Source: the human T2T-CHM13v2.0 reference genome, Homo sapiens. From it: a stretch of 64,000 nt of DNA. Of the stretch, positions 44,265-61,660 are shown one piece after another. The stretch lies in NCBI RefSeq assembly GCF_009914755.1, contig NC_060927.1, one strand, 5' to 3'. Position 1 is the stretch's first letter. Every line of letters begins with the position of its first letter. The notes under the pieces are model-generated. The model had not been told where the DNA came from, ran no database searches, and saw nothing but the letters and a program-made list of their open reading frames with translations. The position numbers and the translations under genes were made by a program.

Positions 44265-46101
44265 TGAGAGTTTTTCTTTTGCATCATAGTTTAAGTCTAC
44301 AAATAATTGCCCCTTTTAAAACAGTTATTTAACAGAAGAAATAGAAAAATACACAATTTAGGAAGTACAAACCCAGGATTCTGTGGTGCAAGGATGGTAC
44401 CAGGGCTTGTGGTCTGTGATAATAGAAGATTGAAGCTTCTGATATTAAGCACGACAGAGACAAAGGAGTCGTTTCATGACAGCAAATTACTTTTCCCTAA
44501 TGGTTCTGGATCTTTCATTAGTAAGAAGGATGTCTATATTTGATACACTTTCTGTAAAAGTGAGGTAGGTTATGAACTTAGGAATTCTTTTTTCCTCAGG
44601 GAAATGTTTCTCTTTCTGTAGAACTCGACACGTGTTGATCTATTGAGTATCAAGCAACCAAAACCTAAAAACCTCCTCCCAGCATCATGCCATGCCCAGC
44701 GTGTTTCTTGAGTAGTACTTGCATTGTATGTTTTCTTTTAGAGACTAACTTAATAAAAAGATATAATTTAAAACACCCAGAGGACTAGTTAGATGCCATC
44801 TTCCTCCAAAATGGAGTTGGACTCCATTTTCTCTTCCTTCCCTCCAGTTTTAATTTTATAAACTAAATACCTGACAATTTATATCTATAAAGCCTGTTGA
44901 GATCATGGAATATTAGCACTTATTGTTGCTGATTGAGAGAAGACTCACAATTCTTGAATATTGGATGAAGCAGTGGATAGGATGTCATTGATGTTCTGCC
45001 AAAAAAGTTCATGTATTAAACCAAAGTTCCTTCTTGAATAGAAGACTGTCCCATCTCTACCCATAGGCTCCACTTCACAGGTCCAAGAGCCCATCAGGTA
45101 GGGATGACCTCTGCTCTGTAAAACACTGTGTTTTGGTTGAATGAATGAATAGAAGGATGAGTGGCTGAATGGTTTAATAAATAGATACTCATATCAGACT
45201 GTTAAAATTCAAGTTTTAGTATTATAATATTAAAAACTTTTAAAAATAGAGAACTTCCACTTTTAGTCACAGTTATCTTGTTTGGCAATATAAGATATTG
45301 TGTGGCTGCTTTCTGATATTTCGATTATGATAATTCCCATATCAATTATCATTTACCTGAATTGGATTTCTTTTGAAAACCTTTGTGAGGGGGGTGGTAT
45401 GTGGTAAGCAAGGGATGAATATCATCATTGAACTCAAAAGTATTCAAAAAGCAACCTAAAAAATGCAAAATGAAATATTTGTTAATTCTAAACTTGAGTG
45501 GGATTTATAATGTCTATATCTGTCTTTTATATTCCAAAAGGATAAAATATCTAAAATTATTTGTTTTATATCTTTATACTAGAAAGAAGATTGGTAGAAT
45601 TATTACTTTGTCAACCAATTAGAAGGCCTGCCAAATATGAGATGTATAAAAATAATTTCAGTGCTGTTTCCCCATTTTCTTTCCTGAGAATCTCTAGTTT
45701 TCTCATCATATCATTAAAAGCCCAAAACGAAACAAAATATTATTTGTATTTTTCAAAAAATTGATTATCCAGAGGAAACTCCAGCTTTCTAGTGTAGTAT
45801 TTTCTAACTTTGGAGGAAATCAAGTGCCTTAAGGACTACATATCACTTAGTAAAGGGTAGAAACTTATGGGAATAAGAATTTTCTCTAACATTGGGAAGG
45901 CTGGGAGAGGTTCTAGTGCTTCAGGAGGATTTCAGATTCCCCCACCGTGGGCCTAATTATTTCATAGACTCAGTTCAGCTAAACTACCATCATAAAAGGC
46001 AGACATACATGGTTGCCCCAATTATAAAATCAGTTGACATCAAGTTTTCCAGATTAAATCACTAGTGATGGATTGATTTCTGGATCCAGGAAGCATATTC
46101 T

Positions 46102-46888
<787 letters not shown>

Positions 46889-47020
46889 TGAGTTTTATTA
46901 GATAAAAAGTATGTAGAGAATGTTTGAAATTATATTTATAACAGAAAATGAATGACCATATTCATTTTGTTTTCTTTATAAAATAAGCTTCTTCTAAACA
47001 GTGAAATGATATTTTTTCCT

Positions 47021-48880
47021 AGTTTTATTAAGGTTTAGTTGGCAAATAAAAATTGTGTACATTGACTGTGTACAATGCAATGTTTGATGTATGTATACCT
47101 TGTGAAATGATTAAATCCAGCTAATCAACATATTCATCATCTCACATATTTTGTGGTGAGAAAATTTAAAATCTGCTATTTTAGCAATTTTCAAGTGTAC
47201 AATATGTTGTTAACTATAGTCACCGTGCTTCACAATAGATCAACAGAATTCCTGTCTAACTGAAACTGTGTACCCTTTGAACAACATCTCCCCATGTTCC
47301 TCTGTGCCGCCCCCTTCCCACTGCCCCTTGCTCCTGGCAACTGCCACTCTACTCTCTGCTGCTATGAATTTGATTTTTTAAGATTCCGCATGTAAGTGAG
47401 ATCATACAATGTTTGTCTCTCTGTCCCTGGCTTATTTCATTTAACATAATGTCCTCCAGGTTCATCCACATTGTTGAAAATGACAGAATTTCTTTCTTTG
47501 TAAACCCTGAATAGTAGTATTACATTGTATATGTATATATATATTATATATATATCACATTTTCTTTATCCATTCATCTGTCAATGGACACCTAAGTTGA
47601 TTCCACATCTTGACTGTTATGAATAATGCTGCAATGAATATGAGAATGTAGATATCTTTTCAAGATACTTATTTCATTTCTTTTGGCTATATACCCAAAA
47701 ATGGGATTGTTGCATTATATGGTAGTTCTATTTTTTATTTTTTTAGAAACCTGCAGACTTATTTTCTGTAATAGCTATTATAATTTACATTCCCACCAAC
47801 AGTGTATAAGAGTTCCCTTTCTCCACATCCTCACCAACACTTTTCTTTTGTCTGTTTGATAATAACCATTCTAACAGATGTGAGGTGATATCTTATTGTG
47901 GTTTTAAATTTTGTTTCCCTGATGTCTAGTGATGTTAAACATTTTTTCATATACCTGTTGGCCATTTGGATGTCTTCTTTTGAGAAATGTCTTTTCAGGT
48001 TCATTTTTAATTGGGTTGTTTATTTTCTTGCTATTGAGTTCTTTGAGTTCCCTATATGTTTTGGATATTGGATATTAACCCTTTATCAGATGATTGGTTC
48101 ACAAATGTTTTCTCTCATTCCATAGGTTGCATCTTCATTCTATTGATTTTTTTTTTTTTTTTGCTGTGTCAAAACTTTTTATCTGATGCAACACCATTTG
48201 TCTTTTTCTTTTCTTTTTTTTTTTTCTTTCTTTCTTTTTTTTTTTTTTTTTTTTTTTGCCCCTGTTGCTTGTGTTTTGGGGATCATATCCAAAAATTATT
48301 TCCCCTACCAATATCAAGAAGCTTTTTCCCCATGTTTTTTCATCTAGTAGTTTTATAATTTCAGGTTTTACATTTAAGGCTTTAATCTATCTTGAGTTGA
48401 ATTTTGTGTATTGTACGAGATAAGGGTCTAATTTCATTCTTCCTCATGTAGATATCCAGTTTTCCCTGCACCATTTGTTAAAGATGCTGTCCTTTCCCTA
48501 TTTTGCATTTTTGGTACCTTCGTTGTAGATCATTTGACCCTAAAGATGTGGATTAATTTCTGGGCTCTCTGTTATGTTCCCTTGGATTATATGTTTGTTT
48601 TCATGACAGTACCATGCTGTTTTGATTACTATAGCTTTATAGTGTATTTTTAAATCAGGTAGTATGATGCTTCAAGCTTTGTTCTTTTTGCTCGAGATTG
48701 GAGTATTTGAGGTGGTTTCATACGAATTTTAGGATTGCTTTTTCTATTTCTGTGAAAAATCTCATTAGAATTTTGATAGGTATTGCATTGAATCTACAAA
48801 TTGCTGTGGGTGCTATGGAAATTTTAACAGTATTCATTTTTCTAATTCATGAACACAGGATATCTTTCCATTTATTTGTG
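47021..48880 (-). mobile_element. L1MA-type 3' fragment
   Basis: Antisense L1MA 3'UTR (ttgtgaaatgattaaatc..ttgtggtgagaa..ttaactatagtcacc) followed by ORF2 3' sequence (aatttacattcccaccaacagtgt). Confidence 0.9.
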
Positions 48881-49527
48881 GGACAATATTTTTTACACAT
48901 TCTTGGTTTCAAGTTCATTGCTTCTAGAATTCTGATGGTCCTTGAAACCGAATGCTAAGATTATTGAGTAAAAGTTAGCTACAGCTGTGACTGAAATTAC
49001 AGAAGAGAAACTTGCTCTTAAATTTTCTGTGCTTCAGTGTCTTCATCGTTTTTGCTTTCATCAAGCTGTAAGTTCCTTGAAGTTAGGGACTTGTCACACA
49101 GCCTGGTACACAGAAGGCACTCACTGAATATCTGATAAATGAGAGGAGGGACTACTGAATGTAAAATAATCTCTATCACATATGATCATTGTAGGGAATA
49201 ATGAGGCGATGTATATATGTGGAGAACCCAAAAATTGTTGCTCAAAAATTGTTTTTTTAAAAACCTGATCCATGCTAATCAAATTCACAAAAAGACAGAT
49301 TGCCTTTTTAATTTTTTTATTTTCTAAAATATTTTCATTGCTTTACCTTAAAAGAACATGTGCTGACCATAATTTAACCTTTTTTAGATGACCCAAGATT
49401 ATTATTCACAACACTTCATTTCAGCAAGTGTGATGATCCTTGCAGGCCGTTTTGTGGATTTAGAGGTCTCTTTATCACTCTCCTAGACAGTTTCTGAGTG
49501 CTGAGCATTGGGGCTATTGGGTCAGCT

Positions 49528-49822
<295 letters not shown>

Positions 49823-50962
49823 TGGGTCAGCTGTTTATAACTTTTCTGATTTCTTGGCTGTGAAGACTGGCAGACTTCTGTGAGGGTGCCTTGCTGAAAC
49901 TTCCTCCCTGATGTGAATGCTCCTAATCTTCTGTGACCTTGAAACTAAAATACTTTGCCATATGAATATGCATATAAAATAGGAGTACACTAGGAAGCTC
50001 TTTCACATGTAAAGTCCATGCAATTCATAAACTGGCTGCTCTTGAATCCTTTTTATCCTTTCACTTATTTCTTGAATCTGAATTGTAACATTTTAGATAT
50101 GTGCAAAGTTGCTATAAACTTATAAAGCAGACATTTCCTTTATCTCTTTTCTTAATAGTGCTTCTAGGAACAGATGCAGATTTCATGACATCTTAGTCTA
50201 TGTTATCTAATGGCAAAGTGAGAATTAGTTGTGTCCAAAATATCAATCAGAATATTTCCATCTAATTATAGTTCACAGCTTCCTTATGAATCATTTTATA
50301 TTTACATAAGATTTGCTTTAATTTTGTTGAACAGTAATGGAGATCTTTAAATGGGTTTTTGTTAGTTTTTCAAATTCACCAGTTTCTCACATGTGTGTAT
50401 AATTCTTCATAAAGACTTCTATAGCACCTCATTTTGATATTTTTCCTTGTCAAAATGATATTTCCTGAAAATGTTTGTCATCAAAAATCAGAATTTATAA
50501 AATATCTGATCAAGTATATGTCTGTATCTGATTATCAATTAAGCTGAAAATGAATCGAGTGCTGGAGAAAAGTCCCATCCAGTTGGTCCATTATACAGAG
50601 CGGAAAGCACTAACATGTTACATCAGCAAAGGTTTTTGGGGCTCCAGTGTAGATTGGAGCAGTGAAGTTAGATGAGATTTGTAGCACCTCCTGATGACCA
50701 TGCTAATCACTCCTCTACCACAGTTACCTCTCCCATTATTAGTAACTTGTTAGCTCATCACATTTCTTCAGCACCACTTTATCCTCTTTAACCATCTGTC
50801 CTATTTATATACTCAGATATACCTGGCACCTACCAAATGAGAGTAAGCACCATAGTAACCAAAGAGTGAAATTATTGTATATGTACTTTGTGCTGTCAGC
50901 AACATGTATCCTGAGATCTTTGTTGAAGAGTCAGTTAATGAAATTTGAGAGTCCTTGGATTA

Positions 50963-51295
<333 letters not shown>

Positions 51296-51385
51296 GCTTC
51301 CCAGGCAAAGACTTTGAAACTCTGAGAAGGGTATTCAGGAGGATTTTTAAGTTGTGCACAGTGACCAATATGTATAAAAGGTGAA

Positions 51386-51747
<362 letters not shown>

Positions 51748-51824
51748 TCAGCATATTTTGTAGGTGCACTGGAGTTGAGAGGGCCCTTCAAAGTCAGATG
51801 AGGCTCATTTGTGTTGTCAAAAAT

Positions 51825-52544
51825 GGAAATGGATAGCCACATGCAGAAGAATGAAATTTGACCTTTATCTCACACCATCTACGAAAATCAACTCGAAATG
51901 AATTAAAGACTAAAACTTAAGGCTGAAATCATAAAATTGCTAGTAGAAAACAAAAAAAAATGCTTCTTGACATGAGTCTGGGTAGGGATTTTTTGGATAT
52001 GATATCAAAGCACAGGCAACTAAAGCAAGAATAGATGAATGAAATTACATCAAACTTAAAAGTTTCCGCATAGCAAAAAAAAAAAAAAAATCAACAGAGT
52101 GAAAAGGCAGCCTATGAAATGGAAGAGTGTATTTGCAAACCATGTATCAGGTAAGGGGTTAATGTATAAGACTGTCCTACAACTCAATAACAAAAAACAA
52201 ATAAGCTCATTAAAAAATTGTCAAAGGCCCTGAATAGACATCTCTCAGAAGAAGATAAATAGCCAAGAGGTATATAAAAAGGTGTTGAACTTCACTAATC
52301 ATCAAGGAAATATAAATCAAAACCACAGTGAAACATCACTCACAGCTGTTAGAATGACTGTTATCAAAAAGATCAAAGATAAGTGTTGGCAAAGTGTGAG
52401 GAAGAGAGAACCCTTATACATTGTTCAAGGGAATGTAAATTGATACAGCAGTATGGAGGTTCCTCAGAAAATAAAAATAGGTCTACCTTATTATCCATCA
52501 ATTCCATTTCTGGGCATATATCCAAAAGAAAATCAGTGTCAAAG
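51825..52544 (+). mobile_element. L1M ORF2 3' fragment
   Basis: ccacatgcagaagaatgaaa...aaatggaagagtgtatttgcaaaccat...cactaatcatcaaggaaat. Confidence 0.88.
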
Positions 52545-52817
<273 letters not shown>

Positions 52818-54089
52818 TTAAAAATTTATTTTTAGTGATTTAATTTCTAAAAAGATTTTTAAAGTAATTTTTTAAAAGAGAAAAGTAAATACGTAAAATT
52901 GTTCTATTTTAATGTATTTAAAGACAGTAGTAGATACTTTTTTCCTCTAAAATTATTTCTAGATATCTTGACTATTGCTGTTGACTGTCTTTCCATTCCT
53001 TTTCTATGTAAAACTCTTCTCTTTTTAAACAGTATGAATGTATGCTGATGTATGTTTGTGTAAGACTGCGATTCACATTCTACAGAACTATCATCTTTCA
53101 AACTATTACAGCAAAATTAAGGAGTAAGATAATTTTTCATCATATTGTCATCCAACTTCATGACTTATTTTCATTTTTTTAATGTACTTGGCATGTATGG
53201 AAGAGAATTCCAGAAAGCTACAGTGACTCTTTTTTTCACTTAAAGGAAGTGGCTAGAATGAGATTGAGGGCAGGGGGGAATGTGGCACAAGGAAACTGGC
53301 TTAAAAGCTCTGTGTGTATTATGTGCAATTTTATTTTCTGAGTAATATCACTGATTCAGTAATTACCCTGGGTAGTAGCCATACAAGCTTTCTTGTTCCC
53401 TGGAAAGCCTTACTATAATCCAGAACTTTGCTAGCATATCATATACCTTGTAATTTTATTTTCTAAAATTAAGTGGCATTTAATGTCTTCATTTCCCCAT
53501 GTAACCTTTTAAAAGCCTTGTATCTTCATTTATTTTATTGCTCCCACACCCTCTTTCTGTTTCACATAATTCTTTGCAATTTACTTCACTATTCTGCAAA
53601 TAAATCATTTGCAGATTTTCTAAAAGCTGTATTCTCGCATTTAGGACTTGGTGCCATGGTTTCTTAGTAGAAGACAACTTTACAACCAGAAGTTGCAAGT
53701 TCCCCAAGTTCAAAATCTGTACATGTTTGCACTAGAAAGCCAAAATATTCCCTCTGTAGTCACTGAACTTCCAAAAGAAAATACATGCTGTCAGCCTAGA
53801 CAGAATTGATTCATTTAGGCTCTAATCGTTTTGAAGGCCTCAGGTAGGGCTTGCGAGACTTAGCATTGCTTTGGCCATTCTGTTTTGAGGACTGCAATTG
53901 GGTTATATCTTTTGCCATAAGCTAAAAGGAATAGCAGCAGATTGAAAATGAATAATAATTGATAACATTTTTAAAATAGTCTTAAAGTTCTTAAAAAGTG
54001 TTTATTTTTAGTGATTTCATTTAAAAATTGCAAAGCGAGTATACATGTTACTATTAACTTACTAAGAACTATTTTTTAGAAAGTAATGA

Positions 54090-54403
<314 letters not shown>

Positions 54404-55252
54404 TAATTTTGCATTTTCTTAGTGCCAGTGTGCTGTACTTTTCAAGGCCGGTCAATTGCCTAAGACCTCAAATCCTGACGCAAAATTCCCCAGCTTACTG
54501 CTCTCACATAGAACACACTTGTGCCAGTGTCACTGCTTTTCCAGGCATGCAAGCAAAACCATTGGAAGTAGCTGAATTTCTAGTGACACCCTATAGAGCT
54601 CTCCTTATATATAATAAGTTCATTCTTCTTTGGAGTTGTTAAAAAGTGAGGCTCAGGTTTTTGTGCCCTCAACTTTATCCCCCTTGGTTTATTGCTGCCT
54701 TCCAAGTTCAGCATCTCAGCATTTTTATTTCAAGAAATAAGCTTATGATGCACAGCATTAAGCAAGACACTTTGGGAGAGGAGGAACCCTTCCCGGAATT
54801 TCAGAAGTCTCCTTGTAGAGAAAATTCCTGTAATGTTTTGTTTTACTTCAAAAATCTGAGTGCCAGAAAGAACAGAGTCAAGAAAGGAGCTATCGTGAGC
54901 TCTTGAATTTGAAGCAAAGTCTGTACTGTGACCCCATTTTAGAAGATCACTGGCCCTCCATAGAGCACTACTTTGAACAAATCAGTGAATTTTAAATCAA
55001 GTGTCTTGGTTGCTTATATTTTTAAAATCTCAAAAGATCTAAATTCAGATGCCAGTGAAAGCTTTGTAAAGGGAACCTCCCCTTCCTCAGCCTACCCTTA
55101 ACTTGCATTCTAGGAACTTCTAGGTGCTTTAGATATCCCCTAAATGATTAAAGAATAGATTATAATTCAATAGAACAGTGATTTGCTGGTTAAAGGAAGA
55201 ATAGCTGATACTTTATGAAACTGTTCTTAGAATAGCTTGGATGCTAGATCCC

Positions 55253-55254
<2 letters not shown>

Positions 55255-55323
<69 letters not shown>
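55255..55323. repeat. Compound (TG)18(AG)16 microsatellite
   Basis: Read directly from the sequence. Confidence 0.97.
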
Positions 55324-55325
<2 letters not shown>

Positions 55326-58300
55326 TGAGGGGGGCACCAAGACAGACATAGTTATACCCATTTCCTTTTTCCATAAAGCATTTGCAGTAGCTTGTAACCA
55401 ACACACATTATAAAATTTACATAGGGATTTTTAAAATTTTAAATAAAAATAGAGGGAAGCCCTTGGAAAAGAAATGATATTAGAATAATGTTGAGTCTCT
55501 TGGGAATCCTGCAAGTCTTTTGCTTCAGATGCAATTGCAGTAGCATTGAGAGAGATGTCAAACGTCAAACACAGTTCTGTCCTGAAGAAAAGGAGCAGAC
55601 CTTCCATTGGTCCTCCACTCCACCACCACCCTAAGTTGAGCCAGTGCCATGTCCAATATCAGCCCTTGGGCTTCACCTGGCCTGTGCATTCATTCTAGTT
55701 CCACTGTCTCTGCCTTCATGCTTGTTACGGCACAACTCTGCTACAGTATTCATTCCATTTCTTTGGAAAGGCCTGCAGTTCAACAATTGCACATCCCATT
55801 ACAGAAACAGCATTGAGCATGATTTTGGAAAAATCACACATATATCTTATATTGGACCTGAGTATTCAAAGACAGTTTCAGACACCCTTGGTTTATTATT
55901 CTTTTGGCTTCACAAGTACATTCATGGAATGGACATAGATGAGGGATACCCAGAAACTGGCCAAGCACAGGGGAAAAGAAAGAGGGAGATTCCATTCTGC
56001 CTGACTCAGCTGGGATAGGTAGAAAACCTAAGGTTCTTTTTCTTCAGCAGTCATCATATGTTTCCATCATTTGTTCCCATGGTTATTTTCTGCTGCCCAG
56101 TTGTTATTTGTACTTATTTAAAAACATCAGTGCATGGGCCTCAAGAGGCAAAGAGAGTTGAGGTCCTACACTAGAGTCAGAATATTCAAAGTTTTGGACT
56201 GAGGTTTCACCTCTGAGCCATGCTTTTTTATTACACTACATTTGGCTGAAGATCTGACACTAGATGCACCATAACCATTGCAAAGGCCATGCAATCTCTT
56301 GCTTTTTAGATTTCTACTGACATTTTTGCCTGCTGTTAGAGTAGCCACACCTCTCCATGAGTTTCAGGTGTTTTAACCATTTAGGAAAAAGAGGGGAGGG
56401 AGAAAGAAATGAATCAGTAGTAAAGAGATGGTGCCTGAGAATGGAAAGATCACAGCTGAAAGTGGAGTATGTGCTACCTTCTGGCCCAGACCAGGTGGCT
56501 GGGTGTAGATGGACGTTGTGTGTATCCCCAATGCAGTAACCCTTACAGAGATAATTCTCCCAGTTTAGCCACCACGAAGTATTGTTCTTTGTTTTTCCAT
56601 AGTGCTTGTCAAAATGCTATGACAACTGACTGGTTTTATGCAAACAGAGCCTGGCTCTCAAGAGACAGTGTGTCTGAAAGTCAAACATGGATGGCAGCCA
56701 TTGGCACACAAAGGAGTCAGAAACCACAGATTGTTTTCTCGTTGGATGAACAGCTTAAAGCAACGTAAAGTTAATTGAAGAATTCCTTGAAAGTGAAGTC
56801 AGACTAAAAAGAAATGCTCCGAGTCTATAATTTACTAAATGTGAAAGAACTGTAAGTGGTATGAGACTAAAACAGTTTCTTGGGGGGAGAGAACATTTTT
56901 GTAAACAGATCTGGCTTTTATTTTTGCTTGGGCTGTTTTAATTATTTGCTCTAATAATGTAGATCTCCAGAAGAATCTCTAATTAGGTAAGGCTTGATTT
57001 ATGGAGTTGGCCTCATATAAACCATGATGTATGTCATGGTATGCTGCAGAAAATTACAGGCCTGGTCTCGCCATTGCAAACTAGTATTTCTACCTAGAAC
57101 TACTCCTGCTCTGCATGTCTTACTCTCAGGAAAGCAAAGCATACTATGTTCTCCTTCACAGTGCTCATTGCCCAGGTAAACTCAACATATAGTATTACTC
57201 ATCAAATAATTTTAGCAAACATTTTTAAAACTGGGGAGAGAGGAGTAGAAGAAAAATGCTAGCAGTTAAAGAAATCTTTACTTCCTGGGAACTTAGTAAA
57301 TACCAACCTATGATTCTCAGTAGAAGTGGGTTCACTCCCCCTTCAGCTGACAGACTGGCAAGGATATGCCAGACTATCAAGAGTAGTGTCTGTGTGTCCC
57401 TTCCTCCCACAACTCTAACTACATCTTCCACACTCCGTCTTCAGCTCCTTCCTGGAAAGGTCTTTCAGTGTCATGGTCGCCTATTTCATCTGGTTGTAAA
57501 TAACAGCCATGGGGCCTCTGTAATATTTCACCATGGTTCTTACTCCCTTTCCCATTGCAGTAGAAGCCTTGGTGTAGAGCCAAGGCCTTTTCTTTGATTA
57601 TAGGTTTGCCGATTACAATTTCCTAACATTTTTCTCATGTTAATTATACCTTAGTGATTGCATTTTCTATGATTTCTCATTTCAATTTTGTTAAATTTTG
57701 GCCCCTATAGAGCAGACTGTAGAAGGAATCCTTCTAGATTTTTACAAATTGTTTTCCTGTCTTCCACAATTGTCTGATTTACATCTGCCCTGAGAGTCAG
57801 TTTAAGTCACCTGCCTTTATCAGGTCTCCTTAGACTATTCAATGTACCTTTCATAGGAAGCAACTGTTTTCTTTCATGGTTATATTTCACCAGTTTACAT
57901 CATATTAAATTATGTAATTATAGTAACAAATCCAACAGGCATAGGCAGGTTTGAGAACAAATACACCTCTAAACAGTTGGAAGAAATGCATGGGATATAC
58001 TAGTGAGTGACCTTCTAGCCTCTCTTATTCAGCATGTGTGGGCTCAGTCCTGGTTGAAACACAGGGATAGAATTGGTTAAGTGGAGCTCAGTTACGGAGG
58101 CTTCTGAATCTGTGCTCTCCACACTGTCTTCATTTTATGGAGGGGGTCCAGGGTGGTTACAAGGCTTGCCCAAGGTCAGAAACATTCGTAGCCAAGCAGG
58201 CTATCCTGACTTTCAAGCTATCAGGGCACCAGAGCAGGACTGATATCCTGGGCTTTTAATGTGCTTGTCTGACTGCTGCCAAAGGTAAAAAATGCAAGTT

Positions 58301-59879
58301 TATCGAGCTTGATTTATTACCACAAAATATCTGTCTTGATGCTTACTTTACCCATAGTTTTTGTGTTACTAATTAACACGCATTTTTCTTTGAATTCTTC
58401 CTGATAATAAAACAGACTCTTTGTTATTGTAGGGAGTTAATCGAGGCCGTAAGATTTCCCAATTCTGTCAATGACCATACTTAGCTAAAAGAGAGAAAGG
58501 CTGAGTGGAAGAATTTTCCTATGCCTATAGTAGGGCTCGTCCTTCTTGCCACTACACAGCCCCATACTGTTTGTGGCTATTTTTGTTGGTCTAAAGGGCA
58601 CAGGCCTCTGAAACAAAACTGCTTTTGGGTTTGAGCCAGATGATTAGGTTTGTATTTATTTGATCACATTCACAAACCGTATTTGCTAACTTTCCTAATA
58701 CCAACTTGGGAAGATTTTTTTTAAATCACTTTCCTTCTTCTCTTCCTTCCTTCCAGTGTTGTCTTCCTTCCCCACCCACTTTCAGAAAGGATTTGATGTT
58801 GCCTAGGGTTAAAATAGATAAATAAAATCAAAACCATTAGGATGAATACGAAGGAACGGGGAAAGATGTTATACTCGAATCCCTGAGGTAAGATGGCTTT
58901 GCTGTTATATTGAGCAGTGCATTTAGCTCTGAGCTTCCTGGTAGACAAAGTGAAACAAGTCTTTGGGTTCATGTTATTTCTGTTTGCTGAGGAGAAACAT
59001 ACCAGGTCGTCCACAGAGACATTGTTACCAGGCACTTTATTCTAAGCCAGTGATTTTCATGTAAGTGAAGCTAAATAATCATCTAGAATAGGGGATTCAC
59101 ATATACATTAGAGTTTGAGAAGCTCTGCTGTAGTCGACCTCCATTTTTTGTTGGTAAGCCCAGGGAAGATAAATAATTTGCCGGTTACCAGGCTTGGTGG
59201 TGATAACACAGGCTTAGAGCCAGTTTGCCTTGGTACCAGCCTGGGCCTCGGAGCTCCCTTGTTTGGAAAGCACAGGTGTAGTGAGATGTGGTATTAGAGC
59301 TGGTATGGTCAAGTACCTTACCTCGCTCCCAGGCAATATGGACACAGACTATGACCTGAGTCTTGGGATTTAGACTTAATGAAATCAGAATATGTGAAAG
59401 AGGAGTTTTTTTCAAGAAGCTTTTCTTTTTACCACGAGGCTGGACGAGGCTGGACCTCTGTATCAGGATGCTGTCAAATTGCCATAGAGGAGAAATCTGG
59501 AAGAGTAGGCTGTAGCAGGTATCCTTTTTATGGCCTGTTTTAAAATACTTTGTCAAAAATGCCCTTCGTTTAGTCAAAATTGTGGGCAAATTTATGTTAT
59601 ATTTTTGCTGCCATGAGTATATGGTAGAACTTTGGGCAGGGATCCTAAACTCAAGCTGTCTGCAGGAAACAGACAGGCACGGACAGCTATTTATTATTCA
59701 GAAGGCCAGACATAAAACAAGGAGCAAGGTCGATAGTGAACCAAAGGGCCAGTGTCTTGTCTCGATGGGGCAACTGCTTCTCAGCTCCTGTTCATTTTTT
59801 ATCATGTGAAAAATGCAGTTATGTAGTTGACCAGATCTTCCAGTATTTTGAGAGGAGCTGGAAGTCTGGATTATTAAAT

Positions 59880-60691
59880 TAAATCTCCTGATTTTAAATG
59901 TTGGCAACTCTTTTCTTCTACTTGTTCAAAGCAGAAAACTTGGAGTTGTCCTTCACTCCTGTCTTCCTTTCAAAACCCACATCTAATTCATCAGGAAATC
60001 CTGTTGGCTCTATCCTCAAAATATATTCAGAATCTGATCACTTCTTACGGATTTCTGTTGCACTACTGTGGTCCAAACCACCACCGTCTCTCTCCAAGAT
60101 TGTTGCAGTAGCCTCCTAACTGGTCTCACTGCTTCCATTCTTTCTCTCCTGCAGCCAGAACTGTAAGTCAGATCACATCGCCCCACTGCCCACAATCCTC
60201 CAAAGTCTCCGCATCTTACTCAGCATGAAAGCCAAGATCCTCCCAATAACCCATAAGACTCTCCGACCTCATCTCTGCAGCTACATTGGCCTCCTGTCTG
60301 TTCCTCACATATGCCAGCTCATTTCCTCCTTGTGACCTTTGTCCTTGCTGTTCCCTATTTTTCCAGGTATCTCTACGGCCCATTCATCCCCTGCATCCCT
60401 TTGCTTAAATGTCATCTTCTCAGTGAAACCTGCCTTGGACACGCTATCTAAACTTACACACATGAATACACACATCCTTCCTCTCCACCTTCTCTGCTTT
60501 TTGTTTCTCCTTATCACATATGGTCTAGTACACTCCATCAATTTTTTATTACCTGTTTTCTGCACTAGAATGTAGATTCCACATGGATAGGGACTTTATA
60601 TGATTTTGTGTATTTGTTCACTGCTGTTTACATCTGGAAATGAGCCTCACACATGGTAGGTGTTCAATAAATGTTTGATGAATGAATGAAT
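59880..60691 (+). mobile_element. L2a-like 3' portion
   Basis: aaaacttggagttgtcctt...gcagtagcctcctaactggtctc...ending gtaggtgttcaataaatgtttgatgaatgaatgaat. Confidence 0.9.
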
Positions 60692-61404
60692 CTTAAAAAC
60701 AATTTTTTTAACTTTGGGCCAAATAAAACTCTTCAATAGGCCAAACCTGGGCTGTACTTCTTTTGGCCTAGAGTCAAAAAGAAGAATGAGTGCTTCTCCA
60801 GCAGCTCCTTGTAGCTTGGGAACAGACTTTATGAATGCATCATGATGCCTGCCCTGCTCAGGAAACCACAGATGAGTTCTTCCCTTCCATTCCCACATGT
60901 ACCCTCCTACTTCCACCCTGCTCAACTTCGATACATGCTTATTGTTTTGTGCCTCAACATTGTTTTTCCCAAGGTATTGCTGTTTAGAATATGGAAAATG
61001 TTGTGTGAATTATTTCAGCCTCCTGAGTGAACTTTCAAATCTCTGAAGGTAGCACACATTTGAACAGTTTGACTTGCTTTCTGCAACACAGAGTTTAGAA
61101 CTGGGCAAGCAATAAGTCAGAGGAAGATTATCTCAGAGGGAAAAGCATGTGTAAAGACAGGTGTAAAAATACCCATGATGCTTAGGAAGAGAACAAGTGA
61201 AACTAGAGTTGGGAGTGAGAGGGAAAGTGGTCAGAAAAGATGTTGGAGAGTAGACAGGGCCAAATCTTGCAGACCATGGTAAGGAGTTTGAATGCTGTTG
61301 TTAGGTCCAATGGGAAGCTGTTAAAGAATTTCTAAGTACTGAAATGATGGGGTTGGATTTATATTGATTAAATTTTACTCTGGCTATTCTGGGAATTTAG
61401 GAGA

Positions 61405-61660
61405 CGAATAATAATAATGACAAAGCAAATGCAACTAACATTTATTAAACACTAATGCCAGGCAGCATGCTAATTGCTTTATACAGATTATTTTAGTTAA
61501 TTCTTACATCATTCCATTGAGTTAAATGATATCATTATCCCAGTTTTGCAGATGAGGAAACTCAGACACACTGAAGCTAAGTAATTTGCCTGAAGTCACA
61601 CAGCTAACCTATCAAACCCAGGCTGTCATTTTTCAGCCTTTGCTCTTACTTAGCCCTTAA
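61405..61660 (-). mobile_element. MIR
   Basis: aacatttattaaac...attatcccagttttgcagatgaggaaactcag...aagtaatttgcctgaagtcacacagct. Confidence 0.85.

Noticed and set aside
58841-58893. Short open segment ending in GAG|GTAAGA
   Set aside because: The upstream AG lacks a polypyrimidine tract, and the peptide is not recognised.
59434-59455. 10-bp tandem duplication acgaggctgg x2 (similar 12-bp case at 62304-62327)
   Set aside because: Ordinary slippage micro-duplications.
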